Shown piece after piece: positions 27,501 to 35,946 of a DNA stretch of 64,000 nt. The translations under genes were made by a program, and so were the position numbers. The notes under the pieces were generated by a model, which was not told the DNA's origin, did not search any database, and saw nothing but the letters and a program-made list of their open reading frames with translations. The first letter of the stretch is position 1. Every line of letters begins with the position of its first letter. This DNA is from Candidatus Eiseniibacteriota bacterium (GTDB taxonomy: Bacteria > Eisenbacteria > RBG-16-71-46): positions 160,001 through 224,000 of the forward strand of contig CAVUWA010000010.1 of assembly GCA_963744995.1 (NCBI GenBank), written 5' to 3'.

Positions 27501-28044
27501 GCGCATCGTCGGCGCCGCGCACGTGGCCGCGCGCCTGCAGCAGCAGCGAGTCGCGCCAGTAGACCGCGTGGTCCGCCGTGAGGTCGCGCCCCTTCTCGAC
27601 GCCGGACACGCCGCCGAACAGATGGGCGCGGCCGGTGCGGCGGTCGTAGGAACCGGCCGGCGCGCGCAGCGTCGCATCGCGATCCACGATGACCACGTTC
27701 CCGGACAGATCGAGCACGTCGTTCAGCTCCGAATACACCACGTGGTCGCAGGTGACCGTGAGCGTGCTGTCCACCATCTTCACGTGCTCGTCCAGGAACA
27801 GCCGGCCCTGGCCACGCAGGTAGCGGCCGAGGTCCGCGGTGATCACGGTGCGGCCGCGCACGATGCGCACGTCGCCCTTGAGCAGCACGGCGTCGCCCTC
27901 GGGGCCGTGCGTGCCCGAGACGTTGTCGGCCGAAATCTCGAGCGGCGAGTCCGACGCCTGCGCCACGGCCCGGGCCGGCACGCAGGCGGCGCACACGAGC
28001 AGCAGGCCGGCGAGGGACGCGCGGTTCCTCCGCGCGCGCGTCAC
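24559..28044 (-). CDS. lptD: LPS assembly protein LptD with extended OstA/LptA-like N-terminus
   Basis: Repeated jelly-roll strands; YTTCDLAEPHY, RHSGFLFP, GYYWATNDYMD, RDLHCW. Confidence 0.88.
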   Translation of the reverse strand: MTRARRNRASLAGLLLVCAACVPARAVAQASDSPLEISADNVSGTHGPEGDAVLLKGDVRIVRGRTVITADLGRYLRGQGRLFLDEHVKMVDSTLTVTCDHVVYSELNDVLDLSGNVVIVDRDATLRAPAGSYDRRTGRAHLFGGVSGVEKGRDLTADHAVYWRDSLLLQARGHVRGADDAHHLVLEGDAVDYDRGTDLAVATGAPRLRSKDDDGVITELRADTLRVNTRTRVAEAVDSVHVVRDSLRASADYARFDDVAERGILLGHPEVRDDQTRVTGDTLEVLTEKRVLKQVIVRSNAVMDYAGARPQTVGEATRLYGDRVDVFFTHEDIDSLVAVGSARNEYRATPREGQTAERNQATGDTITIFFKDRKVERARVEGGAQGEYHMAVDAADTVAARREIVTYSARQITFEVPKSQIVLDGKSHLEYRDMKLESRRVEFDVNKQTLVAEGDPQLMERGDEVTGHLMTYDLDTRVGTIYKAETTYERGLYHGGQIRKVSENELDVLNGSYTTCDLAEPHYHFAAHWMKIYLKDKLVAKPVVFYVKNVPLLALPFWVFPIKPGRHSGFLFPQFELGFNNRAGQFIRNAGYYWATNDYMDFTVAGDYYRAQPSWQLRGEGRYNLLYVLDGDINTAFARNELSQRDDWSLEANHRQNLDPNTRLVGRAQFISSRDFSTSNDYGRTLEQRLNRFLTSSIAVSRTSSWASWNLILDRRQDLDADQAIKDPTLPIGTPASLSNLTQNEPTLSLSFPTRQIGSLGFLKGTPLEKPLASIYATLSSRFVSLRQQRGLISGRNYFTTDGQPDSSNVLTQRVSVRRALSNDISISDSRRLFGWLNLVPRFSSKVVVFDFDELGHKVVPTGTWSSGLTASSTFYGTFLPRWGAVEGIRHVVFPSASFSYSPDFPNLIYTDEFGGRRSRFSNFGGIGVSGFKSASMSFALDQRFQVKLRHGQDVQRLDNLLSWSTSGSYNFLWKERGLEHPLSTIGSSIRIQPPRLLNVTFGWTTDVYQPHPVRSMGLSTGLNLASSGAQQGQGGELPVDGRERESSFSGDQWSLSAAYSLAGGYVGTKWRNQQTANGVITYQLSPGWALDWSASYDITQRIMQTQRFSLSRDLHCWQMSFTRTFIAGGEAEYYFRISIKEQREIYYERGTRAGSIGGIQ

Positions 28045-29282
28045 AGCCACTCTCCCGGCGCTCCGCCGAACGCCGCCATCGCCTCGCCCACGGCGAACAG
28101 CGAGCCGGTGAGCAGCACGCGGCGCCGCCCGCGGTGCCCGAGCGCGGCGCGCACGGCGGCGGGCACGTCCGGCTGCCCGGCGGTCTCGAAACCCGCCGCG
28201 CGGAACGCCGCCGCGAGCGCGTCGACCGGCATGGCGCGCGGATTGCGCGTGCGGGTCGCGAACATCGGCACGGGCCCGAAGCCGGCGTGGAGCGCGCGCG
28301 CGATCTCCGCCGCGTCCTTGTCGCGCGAGAGCGCGAGCACCAGCGCCGGCGGCCGGCCCCCCATTCCGTTCCATGCGGTGATCAGCGCGTGGAAGGCATC
28401 CAGATTGTGGGCGCCGTCCCACCACAGGCGCGGCGCATGCGGGCAGCGCTCGAGCCGCCCGGGCCAGGTCGCGGCGCGCAGGCCGCGCGCCTCCGCGCGC
28501 GCGCCGATCGCGACGCCGCGCGCCCGCAGCGCGTCGAGGGTGGCGGCGGCGAGTGCGAGGTTTTCGAGCTGATGCGGGCCGCGCAGTCGCGCGTGCGGCG
28601 CCCGGCGCCGGCGCGCGCGCCACGTCGCGCGCGCGTCGATCAGCGGCGCGCCGCGTTCGGCACACACGCGCTCGATCACCGCCATCGCGGCGGGCGCCTG
28701 CGCGGCGGTCACCACGGGCACGCCCGGCTTCACGATGCCGGCCTTCTCGGCCGCGATCGAGGCGAGATCCGGGCCGAGGATCTCGGCGTGGTCCACCGAG
28801 ATCCGGGTGATCACGCTGACGTCCGGAGCGAGCACGTTGGTGCAGTCGAGTCGTCCGCCGAGCCCGACCTCGGCGACCACCCACCCGGCCCGCTCGCGGG
28901 CGAAGTGGTCGAAGGCGAGCGCCGTCGCGACCTCGAAGAAGGTCCGGCCTTCGGCTTCGGGCAGTGCCTGCATCGCCTGGAGCCGGCGCTCGAGGGACGC
29001 CTCGGACGCCCAGCGGCCGTCCACGCGGATGCGCTCGCGGAAATCCACCAGATGCGGCGAGGTGTAGAGCCCGGTGCGCAGACCGCTCTCGCGCAGCACG
29101 CGCTCGATCAGCGCGCACACCGAACCCTTGCCGTTGGTTCCGGCCACGTGGACCGAGCGGAACCGCCGGTGCGGATCGCCGAGCGCGGAGAGCAGCGCGC
29201 GGGTGCCGTCCAAGCCGAGCTTGTCGCGACGGCGTTCGAGTCCGTAGAGGGTTTCGAGTGCCTGCTGGAGCTGGAGGCTCAC
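28041..29282 (-). CDS. folC: Folylpolyglutamate/dihydrofolate synthase
   Basis: HVAGTNGKGS, GLYTSPHL, TFFE, EVGLGGRLDCTN, EKAGI, WPGRLE, DGAHN. Confidence 0.93.
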   Translation of the reverse strand: MSLQLQQALETLYGLERRRDKLGLDGTRALLSALGDPHRRFRSVHVAGTNGKGSVCALIERVLRESGLRTGLYTSPHLVDFRERIRVDGRWASEASLERRLQAMQALPEAEGRTFFEVATALAFDHFARERAGWVVAEVGLGGRLDCTNVLAPDVSVITRISVDHAEILGPDLASIAAEKAGIVKPGVPVVTAAQAPAAMAVIERVCAERGAPLIDARATWRARRRRAPHARLRGPHQLENLALAAATLDALRARGVAIGARAEARGLRAATWPGRLERCPHAPRLWWDGAHNLDAFHALITAWNGMGGRPPALVLALSRDKDAAEIARALHAGFGPVPMFATRTRNPRAMPVDALAAAFRAAGFETAGQPDVPAAVRAALGHRGRRRVLLTGSLFAVGEAMAAFGGAPGEWL

Positions 29283-29286
29283 CGCG

Positions 29287-30234
29287 TCAGGAGTCCGACC
29301 TCGTCTTGCCGGCCACCGCGGGGAGCTCGGGATGGTCGTCGAATGAATGGGGAGACGTTTCACCGGCGGGCGCGAAGCCTCGCGTCGAGCGCCAGAAGAA
29401 CTCGAGCAGCCGGCCGATCTCGGTGCGCATCTGCTTGCGATGGATGATCCGGTCGATGAAGCCCTTCTCGAGCACGAATTCGGCGCGCTGGAAGCCCGGC
29501 GGCAGATCCTCGCCGATCGTCTGCCGGATCACGCGCGCGCCCGCGAATCCCACCAGCGCCCTCGGCTCTGCCACGATCAGGTCGCCCAGCGAGGCGAAGG
29601 AAGCCAGCACGCCCGCCGTCGACGGGTCGGTGAGGATCGAGATGAACGGCAGGCGGGCGTCCTGAAGTCTCGCGAGCAGCGCCGAGGTCTTCGCCATCTG
29701 CATGAGCGAAAGGATGCCCTCCTGCATCCGCGCACCGCCGGTGGACGACACCACCACCAGCGCGCGGCGCTCGGCGATCGCGACCTCGATCGAGCGCGCC
29801 ACCTTCTCGCCCACCACCGAACCCATGCTGCCGCCCATGAAGAAGAAGTCCATGACCGTGAGGCTCACCGGCTTCGCCCCGATCGTGGCGATTCCGGTGA
29901 CGGCCGCGTCGCGCATGGAGGTTTCCTTCTGGGCGTTCTTCAGGCGGTCCGGGTACGCCATGCGCGCGTCGCGGAACTGCAGCGGATCACCCGCCTCGAG
30001 CGATTCGAAGCGCTCTTCGAAGGTGTCCGGATCGGTGAGCAGGCCAACGTAGGTGCGCGCCGGCACGCGGAAGTGGTGATCGCAGTGCGGGCAGGTCCAG
30101 AGATTCTCTTCGAGCACGCTCTGGAACAGCGCCTCGCCGCAGCCCGCGCACTTGGTCCAGAGGCCCTCGGGGACCTCGGGACGCGGCTGATTGTCCTTCT
30201 TGATGCCGGTGCGTTCCCGCTTCAGCCAGGACAT
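29287..30234 (-). CDS. accD: Acetyl-CoA carboxylase carboxyltransferase beta subunit
   Basis: LWTKCAGC..CPHC zinc finger, FMGGSMGSVVGEK, GGARMQEG, GFAGARVI. Confidence 0.96.
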   Translation of the reverse strand: MSWLKRERTGIKKDNQPRPEVPEGLWTKCAGCGEALFQSVLEENLWTCPHCDHHFRVPARTYVGLLTDPDTFEERFESLEAGDPLQFRDARMAYPDRLKNAQKETSMRDAAVTGIATIGAKPVSLTVMDFFFMGGSMGSVVGEKVARSIEVAIAERRALVVVSSTGGARMQEGILSLMQMAKTSALLARLQDARLPFISILTDPSTAGVLASFASLGDLIVAEPRALVGFAGARVIRQTIGEDLPPGFQRAEFVLEKGFIDRIIHRKQMRTEIGRLLEFFWRSTRGFAPAGETSPHSFDDHPELPAVAGKTRSDS

Positions 30235-30246
30235 GCTCGCCTTTCG

Positions 30247-31479
30247 TCAGGGAAGGACCGCGCCGCCGGCGGGCGCCGGTGCGGTCTCCGTGCGCGCCAG
30301 AATCAGCGCATCCTCGCCCGAGTCACGATAATACCCGCGCCGCAGACCGGCCAGCCGAAATCCCTGAGCACGGTACAGCGCCTGCGCGGCGTCGTTCGAG
30401 ACGCGCACTTCCAGCGTGATCCGCGCCGCGCCCTCGACCCCGGCGCGCGCGTACAGATCGTCGAGCAGCGCGCTCGCGATGCCGTGACGCCTGAGCGAGG
30501 GCACCACCGCCAGATTGCCGAGATGGCCTTCGCCCTGGCCGAGCCACGCCATCAGATACCCCGCCAGCCGCGGCGGCGCTCCCCCGGAATCGTCCGGCGC
30601 CCACTCCGCGACGCGCGCCCAGACCCCCTCCTGGCCGAGCTCGGCGCGGAAGAACGAAGGCGCCCACGGATCGCTGAACACGTCGCGTTCGATCGCTGCG
30701 ATCGCCGGCACGTCGTCCGCCCGCATCGGCCGCACCGTCACCCGCTGCGCTTCGAGCACGCGATGGCGCACCCGCGACTCCGCCTGCGCCGGCCGCACGT
30801 AGTGCGGCGCGAGCGGCGCGCCCGCGGCCGGCAGCCCGGCCGCCGGTCCCCTGCCCGAACGCGCGGCCGCCGCGAGATCCAGTGCCGAGAGCCCTTCGAA
30901 ACGCCACTCGCCGCGCGTCGAACCCGGGAACAGCGCCTCCAGCTTCTCGCGTTCGCGTCCGGCCCCGGGCCCCACGAACCGCACGTGGGCGTTCGCACCG
31001 ATCAGCGGCAGCGCTTCACGGACCGTTTCGAGCGCCGCCTCGAGCGGTCCGACCTCCGCCGCGGTCATGAGCAGGACGCGTCCGCGCGTATCGGCGCGGA
31101 AGCAGCCGGCGTAGACGTCGCGCCGGCCGGCGCCCACCATCGGCACGATCAGTGCGCTGCGCGCCCGGGTGCCGTGCGCGAGCGCGGCGAGCGAGGAGGC
31201 GCCGTGCAGCGGCGCGCCGGCCGCCCACGCCAGCGCCTGCGCCGTGGCGAGCCCGACGCGTACGCCCGTGAACGAGCCCGGGCCCAGGTCGGCCGCGACC
31301 CAGGCCAGGTCGCGGGCCTGGAGTCCGGCCTCGGCGAGCGCTTCCCGCACGAGCGGCGTCAGCCGCCGGGTATGATGGTGGCCGATCGGCTCGACGCGAT
31401 GCGCGAGCACGGCGCCGCGGCCGTCCTCGACCAGCACCTCGGCGCGCTCGGTCGCGCACTCGATCGCGATGCCGCTCAC
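30247..31479 (-). CDS. tsaB: TsaB fused to RimI-like N-acetyltransferase
   Basis: IAIECAT, GPGSFTGVRVG; then FSDPW, NLAV..RRHGIA, LEVRVSN, RRGYY..EDA in one frame. Confidence 0.88.
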   Translation of the reverse strand: MSGIAIECATERAEVLVEDGRGAVLAHRVEPIGHHHTRRLTPLVREALAEAGLQARDLAWVAADLGPGSFTGVRVGLATAQALAWAAGAPLHGASSLAALAHGTRARSALIVPMVGAGRRDVYAGCFRADTRGRVLLMTAAEVGPLEAALETVREALPLIGANAHVRFVGPGAGREREKLEALFPGSTRGEWRFEGLSALDLAAAARSGRGPAAGLPAAGAPLAPHYVRPAQAESRVRHRVLEAQRVTVRPMRADDVPAIAAIERDVFSDPWAPSFFRAELGQEGVWARVAEWAPDDSGGAPPRLAGYLMAWLGQGEGHLGNLAVVPSLRRHGIASALLDDLYARAGVEGAARITLEVRVSNDAAQALYRAQGFRLAGLRRGYYRDSGEDALILARTETAPAPAGGAVLP

Positions 31480-31973
31480 CCGCCGGCCTCCCGGGGCAGC
31501 GCCCGGAACGCCTCCAGCAGGGCCAGGCCGCGTCCGTGCTCCGCCGTGGCGGTCAGCTCGCGCTCCGACTCGCCGGTGATCGCGATCGAGACGCACAGCG
31601 CCCCGCGCAGCCAGCGCGACGGCAGTCGTTCGCCCCACTCGGCCACCAGCGCGCCGCGCTCGAGCGCCTCCTCGAGGCCCAGCCCTTCGGCCTCCGCGCT
31701 GGACAGGCGGTAGAGGTCCACGTGCGTGAGCGGCAGTCGGCCATCGTAGGTGTGAACCAGCGTAAACGTCGGGCTCCGCACACGCGCCGCGGCGGCCAGC
31801 CCGCGCGCGAGTCCGGCCACGAGCCGTGTCTTGCCCGCGCCGAGCGGGCCGTCGAGACGGATCACGTCCCCCGCCTCGAGCGCGGGGGCGAGCGCGGCGC
31901 CGAGCGCCTCGGTCGCCTCCGCCGATGACGTGCGCCGCGTCGCGCGGGCGGCGTCCGCGGACGGCCGCGTCAC
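31476..31973 (-). CDS. tsaE: tRNA t6A biosynthesis ATPase TsaE
   Basis: GPLGAGKT, SPTFTLV, HVDLYRL, EWGE. Confidence 0.93.
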   Translation of the reverse strand: MTRPSADAARATRRTSSAEATEALGAALAPALEAGDVIRLDGPLGAGKTRLVAGLARGLAAAARVRSPTFTLVHTYDGRLPLTHVDLYRLSSAEAEGLGLEEALERGALVAEWGERLPSRWLRGALCVSIAITGESERELTATAEHGRGLALLEAFRALPREAGG

Positions 31974-33544
31974 GCGCGACGCGGGGTCAGCGTGATCAGC
32001 GGAAGGATCATCTCCTCCACCGACACGCCGCCGTGCTGGAACGAGCCGCGGAACTGGCGCTCGTACTCGTGGAACCGAGTCGGGTAGACGAAATAGTAGT
32101 CCTCGCGGGCGAGGATGTAGTTCTTGTTCACGCCGGTGTCCGGAAGCATGTAGTCGATCGGATGCTTGACCAGGATCGCCTGCTTCGGATCGACCTTGAG
32201 GTTCAGGCCGAACTTGTAGCGCAGGTTGGTGGACGTGTCGCGGTTGCCGTGCACCAGCGCGGCGCGGCGGCCGAGGACGGCGCCGTGGTCGGTGGTGACG
32301 ACGACGCGGCAGTCCTGCTGGCTCAGCGCACGGAAGACGTCGTAGAGCGGGCTGTGCAGGAACCACGCCTTCATCACCGCGCGGAACGCAGCCTCGTCGG
32401 GCGCCAGCTCCTGGAGGATTTCGCTCTCGGAGCGTCCGTGCGCGAGGATGTCGAGGAAATTGAATACGAGGCTCGTGAGCGGGATGCCGCTGAACGTGGT
32501 GATCTGTTTCCGCACCGCGGCGGCCTCGTCATTGTCGTGGATCTTGAGGTACTTGGTGCCGCCGCGCTCCGGCCGCACCTTGAGCCGCTGCAGCTGGAAG
32601 TCGAGCAGCTGGCGCTCGTAGCGGTTCTTGGTCCGCTCGTCCTTGCTGTTCTCCTGCCACAGATCGGGGTGCTGCTTCTGCAGCTGCGCGGGCAGGAGTC
32701 CCGAAAAGATCGCGTTGCGCGAATACGGCGTCGCGGTCGGCAGGATCGAGCAGTAGTAGGAGCGCTCGATCTGGAACAGATCCTCGAACAGCGGCTCGAG
32801 CGTGAACCACTGGTCCATGCGCATGCAGTCGATGATGACGAACACCACGCGACGGTCCGCCTCGAGGTGCGGCACCACGGCCTGTCGGACCACGTCGGTC
32901 GAGAGCGGCGGCCGCTCCGCCGCCCCTTTCACCCACTGCGGGTAGCCGTCTTCGACGTAGCGGCCGAAGTCGATGTTGAGCCCGCGGCGGAAGTCCGCGT
33001 GCGCCTGCTTGAGCCCCTCCTCCTGCACCGCGTCGAGCCGCACGTCCCAGCGCGCGACGTCCACCGCGAGATCCACCCAGCCCTGCCAGTCCAGCCGCCG
33101 GAGGTCCAGCGTGTGCCAGTTCTGCATCCCGGCGACGTAGTCGCGCGCACGCTGCGAGTCCTGGAGCCGCTCCGCTTCGAACACGCGCTTGCAGGCGAGG
33201 AACACCTGCGACGGGTTCACGGGCTTGATGAGGTAGTCGGTGATGTGACGGCCGAGCGCATCGTCCATCAGCGATTCTTCCTCGCTCTTGGTGATCAGGA
33301 TCACCGGCACGGGCAGCTCGCGCGTCTTGATCTGCTCGAGGGTCTCGAGACCGCCCATGCCGGGCATCATCTCGTCGAGCAGCACGACGTCGAACTGGCC
33401 CTCGTCGAGGGCCGAGAGCGCGTCCCGGCCATTGGCGACCGGAGTCACGTCGAAACCCTTCTCTTCGAGGAAGCGGATGTGGGGCCGCAGCAGGTCGATC
33501 TCGTCATCGGCCCACAGCACGCGGCGGCGGGAATCGTCGTTCAT
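31970..33544 (-). CDS. PorX-like response regulator: receiver + PglZ (alkaline phosphatase superfamily) domain
   Basis: ADDEID..LLDEMMPG..ITKSEEE..KP; IDCMRMDQW, ILPTATPYSRNAIFSG, TDHG, FQHGGVS. Confidence 0.9.
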   Translation of the reverse strand: MNDDSRRRVLWADDEIDLLRPHIRFLEEKGFDVTPVANGRDALSALDEGQFDVVLLDEMMPGMGGLETLEQIKTRELPVPVILITKSEEESLMDDALGRHITDYLIKPVNPSQVFLACKRVFEAERLQDSQRARDYVAGMQNWHTLDLRRLDWQGWVDLAVDVARWDVRLDAVQEEGLKQAHADFRRGLNIDFGRYVEDGYPQWVKGAAERPPLSTDVVRQAVVPHLEADRRVVFVIIDCMRMDQWFTLEPLFEDLFQIERSYYCSILPTATPYSRNAIFSGLLPAQLQKQHPDLWQENSKDERTKNRYERQLLDFQLQRLKVRPERGGTKYLKIHDNDEAAAVRKQITTFSGIPLTSLVFNFLDILAHGRSESEILQELAPDEAAFRAVMKAWFLHSPLYDVFRALSQQDCRVVVTTDHGAVLGRRAALVHGNRDTSTNLRYKFGLNLKVDPKQAILVKHPIDYMLPDTGVNKNYILAREDYYFVYPTRFHEYERQFRGSFQHGGVSVEEMILPLITLTPRRA

Positions 33545-33691
33545 GGGGTTTTCGCCTGGGCCGGAGTGGAGCGCCCGGTCGGGCGCGGGCGGCCACCGGT
33601 CGGATGACCGGCCGCCGCATCGTAACTCCGCCCCCGCGGCGCCCGCCAGCGGGGCCCGCGCCGGGAGCGCCCGCGGCCGGGGGCCGGAATG

Positions 33692-33719
33692 GCGCAACCT
33701 CCGCCCCGCCGGGGGCGTA
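33692..33719 (+). promoter_or_regulatory. ECF sigma-type promoter GCGCAAC-N17-CGTA
   Basis: Matches the site at 14143-14116; ~45 nt upstream of the DUF4097 ATG. Confidence 0.6.
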
Positions 33720-33764
33720 GCATGAGGGTCGCTTCAGGCCCCGCGTGCCCCCGAGGAGGCTCCC

Positions 33765-34631
33765 ATGCGCAGATCCTGGCTGTTCGTGATCCCGGCCGCC
33801 CTGCTCGCGGCCGTGCCGGCCCACGCCGGCGAGTGGCAGAAGACCTACACGGTGACGGGCGTGCCGGCGCTGTCCCTCGACGCCGACGATTCGGCGGTCG
33901 AGATCCAGGGCTGGGATCGCAACGAGATCTCGGTGAAGGTCCACGCGGATCGCAGCGTCGGCGTCGACACCGACGACGACCTGCGGGTGGTCGAGAGCCA
34001 GAACGGCAATGCGGTGTCCATCCGGCTCGAGCGCCGCCACCACCTGTTCCAGGTCCGCCTCGGCTGGCACGACATCGGCTGGCACGACAACCGCGTCGAG
34101 ATCCGCGTGCCGAAGCACTCCCGGCTCGACGTCCGCACCGGCGACGGCTCGTGCGACGCGACGGGGATCGAGGGCGACATCGCGCTCGAGACCGGCGACG
34201 GCGCGATCCACGCCGAGGATCTGTCGGGCCACCTGCGCTTCGATACCGCGGACGGCAGGATCCGCGGCAGCGGCCTCGGCGGCGACCTGCTGGCGCAGAC
34301 CAGCGACGGCCGGATCGAGGTCTACGGCTGGTTCACGCGACTCGACCTGCACACTTCGGACGGAGCGATCATCGCCGGCGCCGGACCCGAGTCCGTCGTG
34401 GAGGAGGGCTGGGCGCTGCGGACGAGCGACGGCCGGATCCGGCTGCGGATTTCCGAGCGGCTCGCCGCCCACGTCGACGCCGCCACCGACGACGGCAGCA
34501 TCCGCCTGAACGGCGAGGCCCCGTTCGAGGGGCGCATCGATACCCACCACGTGCGGCTCGACCTCAACGGCGGCGGGCCGACCATCCGATTGCGCTCGGG
34601 CGACGGCTCGATCCACATCGAACGGTACTGA
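33765..34631 (+). CDS. DUF4097 family beta-strand repeat protein, secreted
   Basis: Signal peptide (AHA), repeated T(G/S)DG(S/R/A)I units; GAGGAGG RBS. Confidence 0.88.
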   Translation: MRRSWLFVIPAALLAAVPAHAGEWQKTYTVTGVPALSLDADDSAVEIQGWDRNEISVKVHADRSVGVDTDDDLRVVESQNGNAVSIRLERRHHLFQVRLGWHDIGWHDNRVEIRVPKHSRLDVRTGDGSCDATGIEGDIALETGDGAIHAEDLSGHLRFDTADGRIRGSGLGGDLLAQTSDGRIEVYGWFTRLDLHTSDGAIIAGAGPESVVEEGWALRTSDGRIRLRISERLAAHVDAATDDGSIRLNGEAPFEGRIDTHHVRLDLNGGGPTIRLRSGDGSIHIERY

Positions 34632-34643
34632 GGCGGGACGCGG

Positions 34644-35936
34644 CTACACCGGGAAACTGATCACCACGGTGGTGCCCTCGCCGGGTTCACTCTGGCGGAA
34701 GAACAGCTTCCCGCCGTGGTAGTCGACCACCACGCGGCGCGCCAGCGCGAGCCCCAGCCCCCAGCCGCGCCGCTTGGTCGAGAAACCGGGCTCGAACGCG
34801 CGGTTCAGCTCGGCGGGCGTCATGCCGCGGCCATCGTCGACGATCTCGATCTCGACGTTCTCGTTCTCGGGCCGCCGGTGCAGCATGACGTCGATGTGAC
34901 CCGGTGGCTGCTCGATCGCCGAAACGGCGTTGGTGAGCAGGTTCTCGAGCGCCCACTCGACCAGCTCACGGTTCATGTTCACCGGCGGCACTTCGTCGTA
35001 GCGCTCGCGGATCTCGATGTCGGCTCCGCCGCGCGGCAGCCGGCGCCGGATGTACTGCACCGCCTCGCGCACGACCGGTGACACCGACTGCAGTTGCAGG
35101 CTCGGCTCCGACCCGACGCGACTGAAGCGCTGCGCGACCTTGTTCAGGCGCTCGATGTCGAGCTCCATCTCGCCCAGCGTTTCGTCGAGTTCGGCGCGCG
35201 GCAACTCGACGGTGGCACCCGCGCCGGGCGCGTCGGCGCGCGTGCGCATCAGCTCGATCCAGCCCATCAGCGACGACAGCGGCGTGCCGAGCTGATGCGC
35301 GGTCTCCTTCGCCATGCCGACCCAGATGCTGCGGCGCTCGGCCTCGCGGATGGTGGCGATGCCCCAGAACCCCAGCGACACCAGGATCAGCAGTCCGCCG
35401 ACCGAGACGAACGGCACCCAGCGCAGCTGCGCGATCACCGGCGGATGGCCGTAGTGTACGGCGCCCAGCGTATCGGTGCTGTCCGCGGTGGTCATCAGGA
35501 TCGGCGGATTCAGGCGATCGAGATGGCGGACCTCGAGCCGCACGGATTCGATGCGGGCGCGCGTGACCGGCGAGATCGGGCGCCCGGTGGCGAGGCTGTC
35601 GATGGCTTCGGCGGGAACCAGCGATTCGTCGACGCCGACCTCGCGCCACGCGCGCGGCACGCCCTCGTTGTCGGTGATGACCATCGGGAACTCGATGTGC
35701 GAGATCACCTCGGCGAAGATCCGCTGCAGCTCGGGGTCGCGCACCGCGGGGAACGAAGCCTGCGCGCAGAACCGCGCGAGCACGCGCGAGGTCGTGGCGA
35801 TCTCGGCGGTGAGACGCGTGATGGTCGCGTTCGTGACGAGGAATACGATCACCACCAGCAGGCTGCAGCCCACGAACACGGTGGTCTGCAGTACCTGCGA
35901 GCCCGTGAATCGCGGAACGCCGCGGGGCCGGCTCAA
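34644..35936 (-). CDS. Membrane sensor histidine kinase
   Basis: Two TMs; H-box MAKETAHQLGTPLSSL, N-box ENLLTNA, DDGRG, FEPGFSTK, GLGL; start (TTG 35936) uncertain. Confidence 0.9.
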   Translation of the reverse strand: MSRPRGVPRFTGSQVLQTTVFVGCSLLVVIVFLVTNATITRLTAEIATTSRVLARFCAQASFPAVRDPELQRIFAEVISHIEFPMVITDNEGVPRAWREVGVDESLVPAEAIDSLATGRPISPVTRARIESVRLEVRHLDRLNPPILMTTADSTDTLGAVHYGHPPVIAQLRWVPFVSVGGLLILVSLGFWGIATIREAERRSIWVGMAKETAHQLGTPLSSLMGWIELMRTRADAPGAGATVELPRAELDETLGEMELDIERLNKVAQRFSRVGSEPSLQLQSVSPVVREAVQYIRRRLPRGGADIEIRERYDEVPPVNMNRELVEWALENLLTNAVSAIEQPPGHIDVMLHRRPENENVEIEIVDDGRGMTPAELNRAFEPGFSTKRRGWGLGLALARRVVVDYHGGKLFFRQSEPGEGTTVVISFPV

Positions 35937-35946
35937 GGGGCGCCGC

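Noticed and set aside
24697..28572. Long antisense ORFs (1291 aa here; also 4837-6759, 17319-19079, 29347-31713, 59122-61125 and others)
   Set aside because: Shadow frames of high-GC coding genes; no motifs, biased Arg/Ala/Gly/Val composition
24559..29118. 1519-aa LptD and similar long N-terminal extensions in the ORF track (e.g. 1649-3283, 7349-9916, 14394-16730)
   Set aside because: Extensions overlap real upstream genes in another frame; true starts overlap the upstream stop codons
31970..33544. BREX anti-phage system (PglZ)
   Set aside because: PglZ is fused to a receiver domain (PorX type) and no brxC/pglX/brxL genes are nearby
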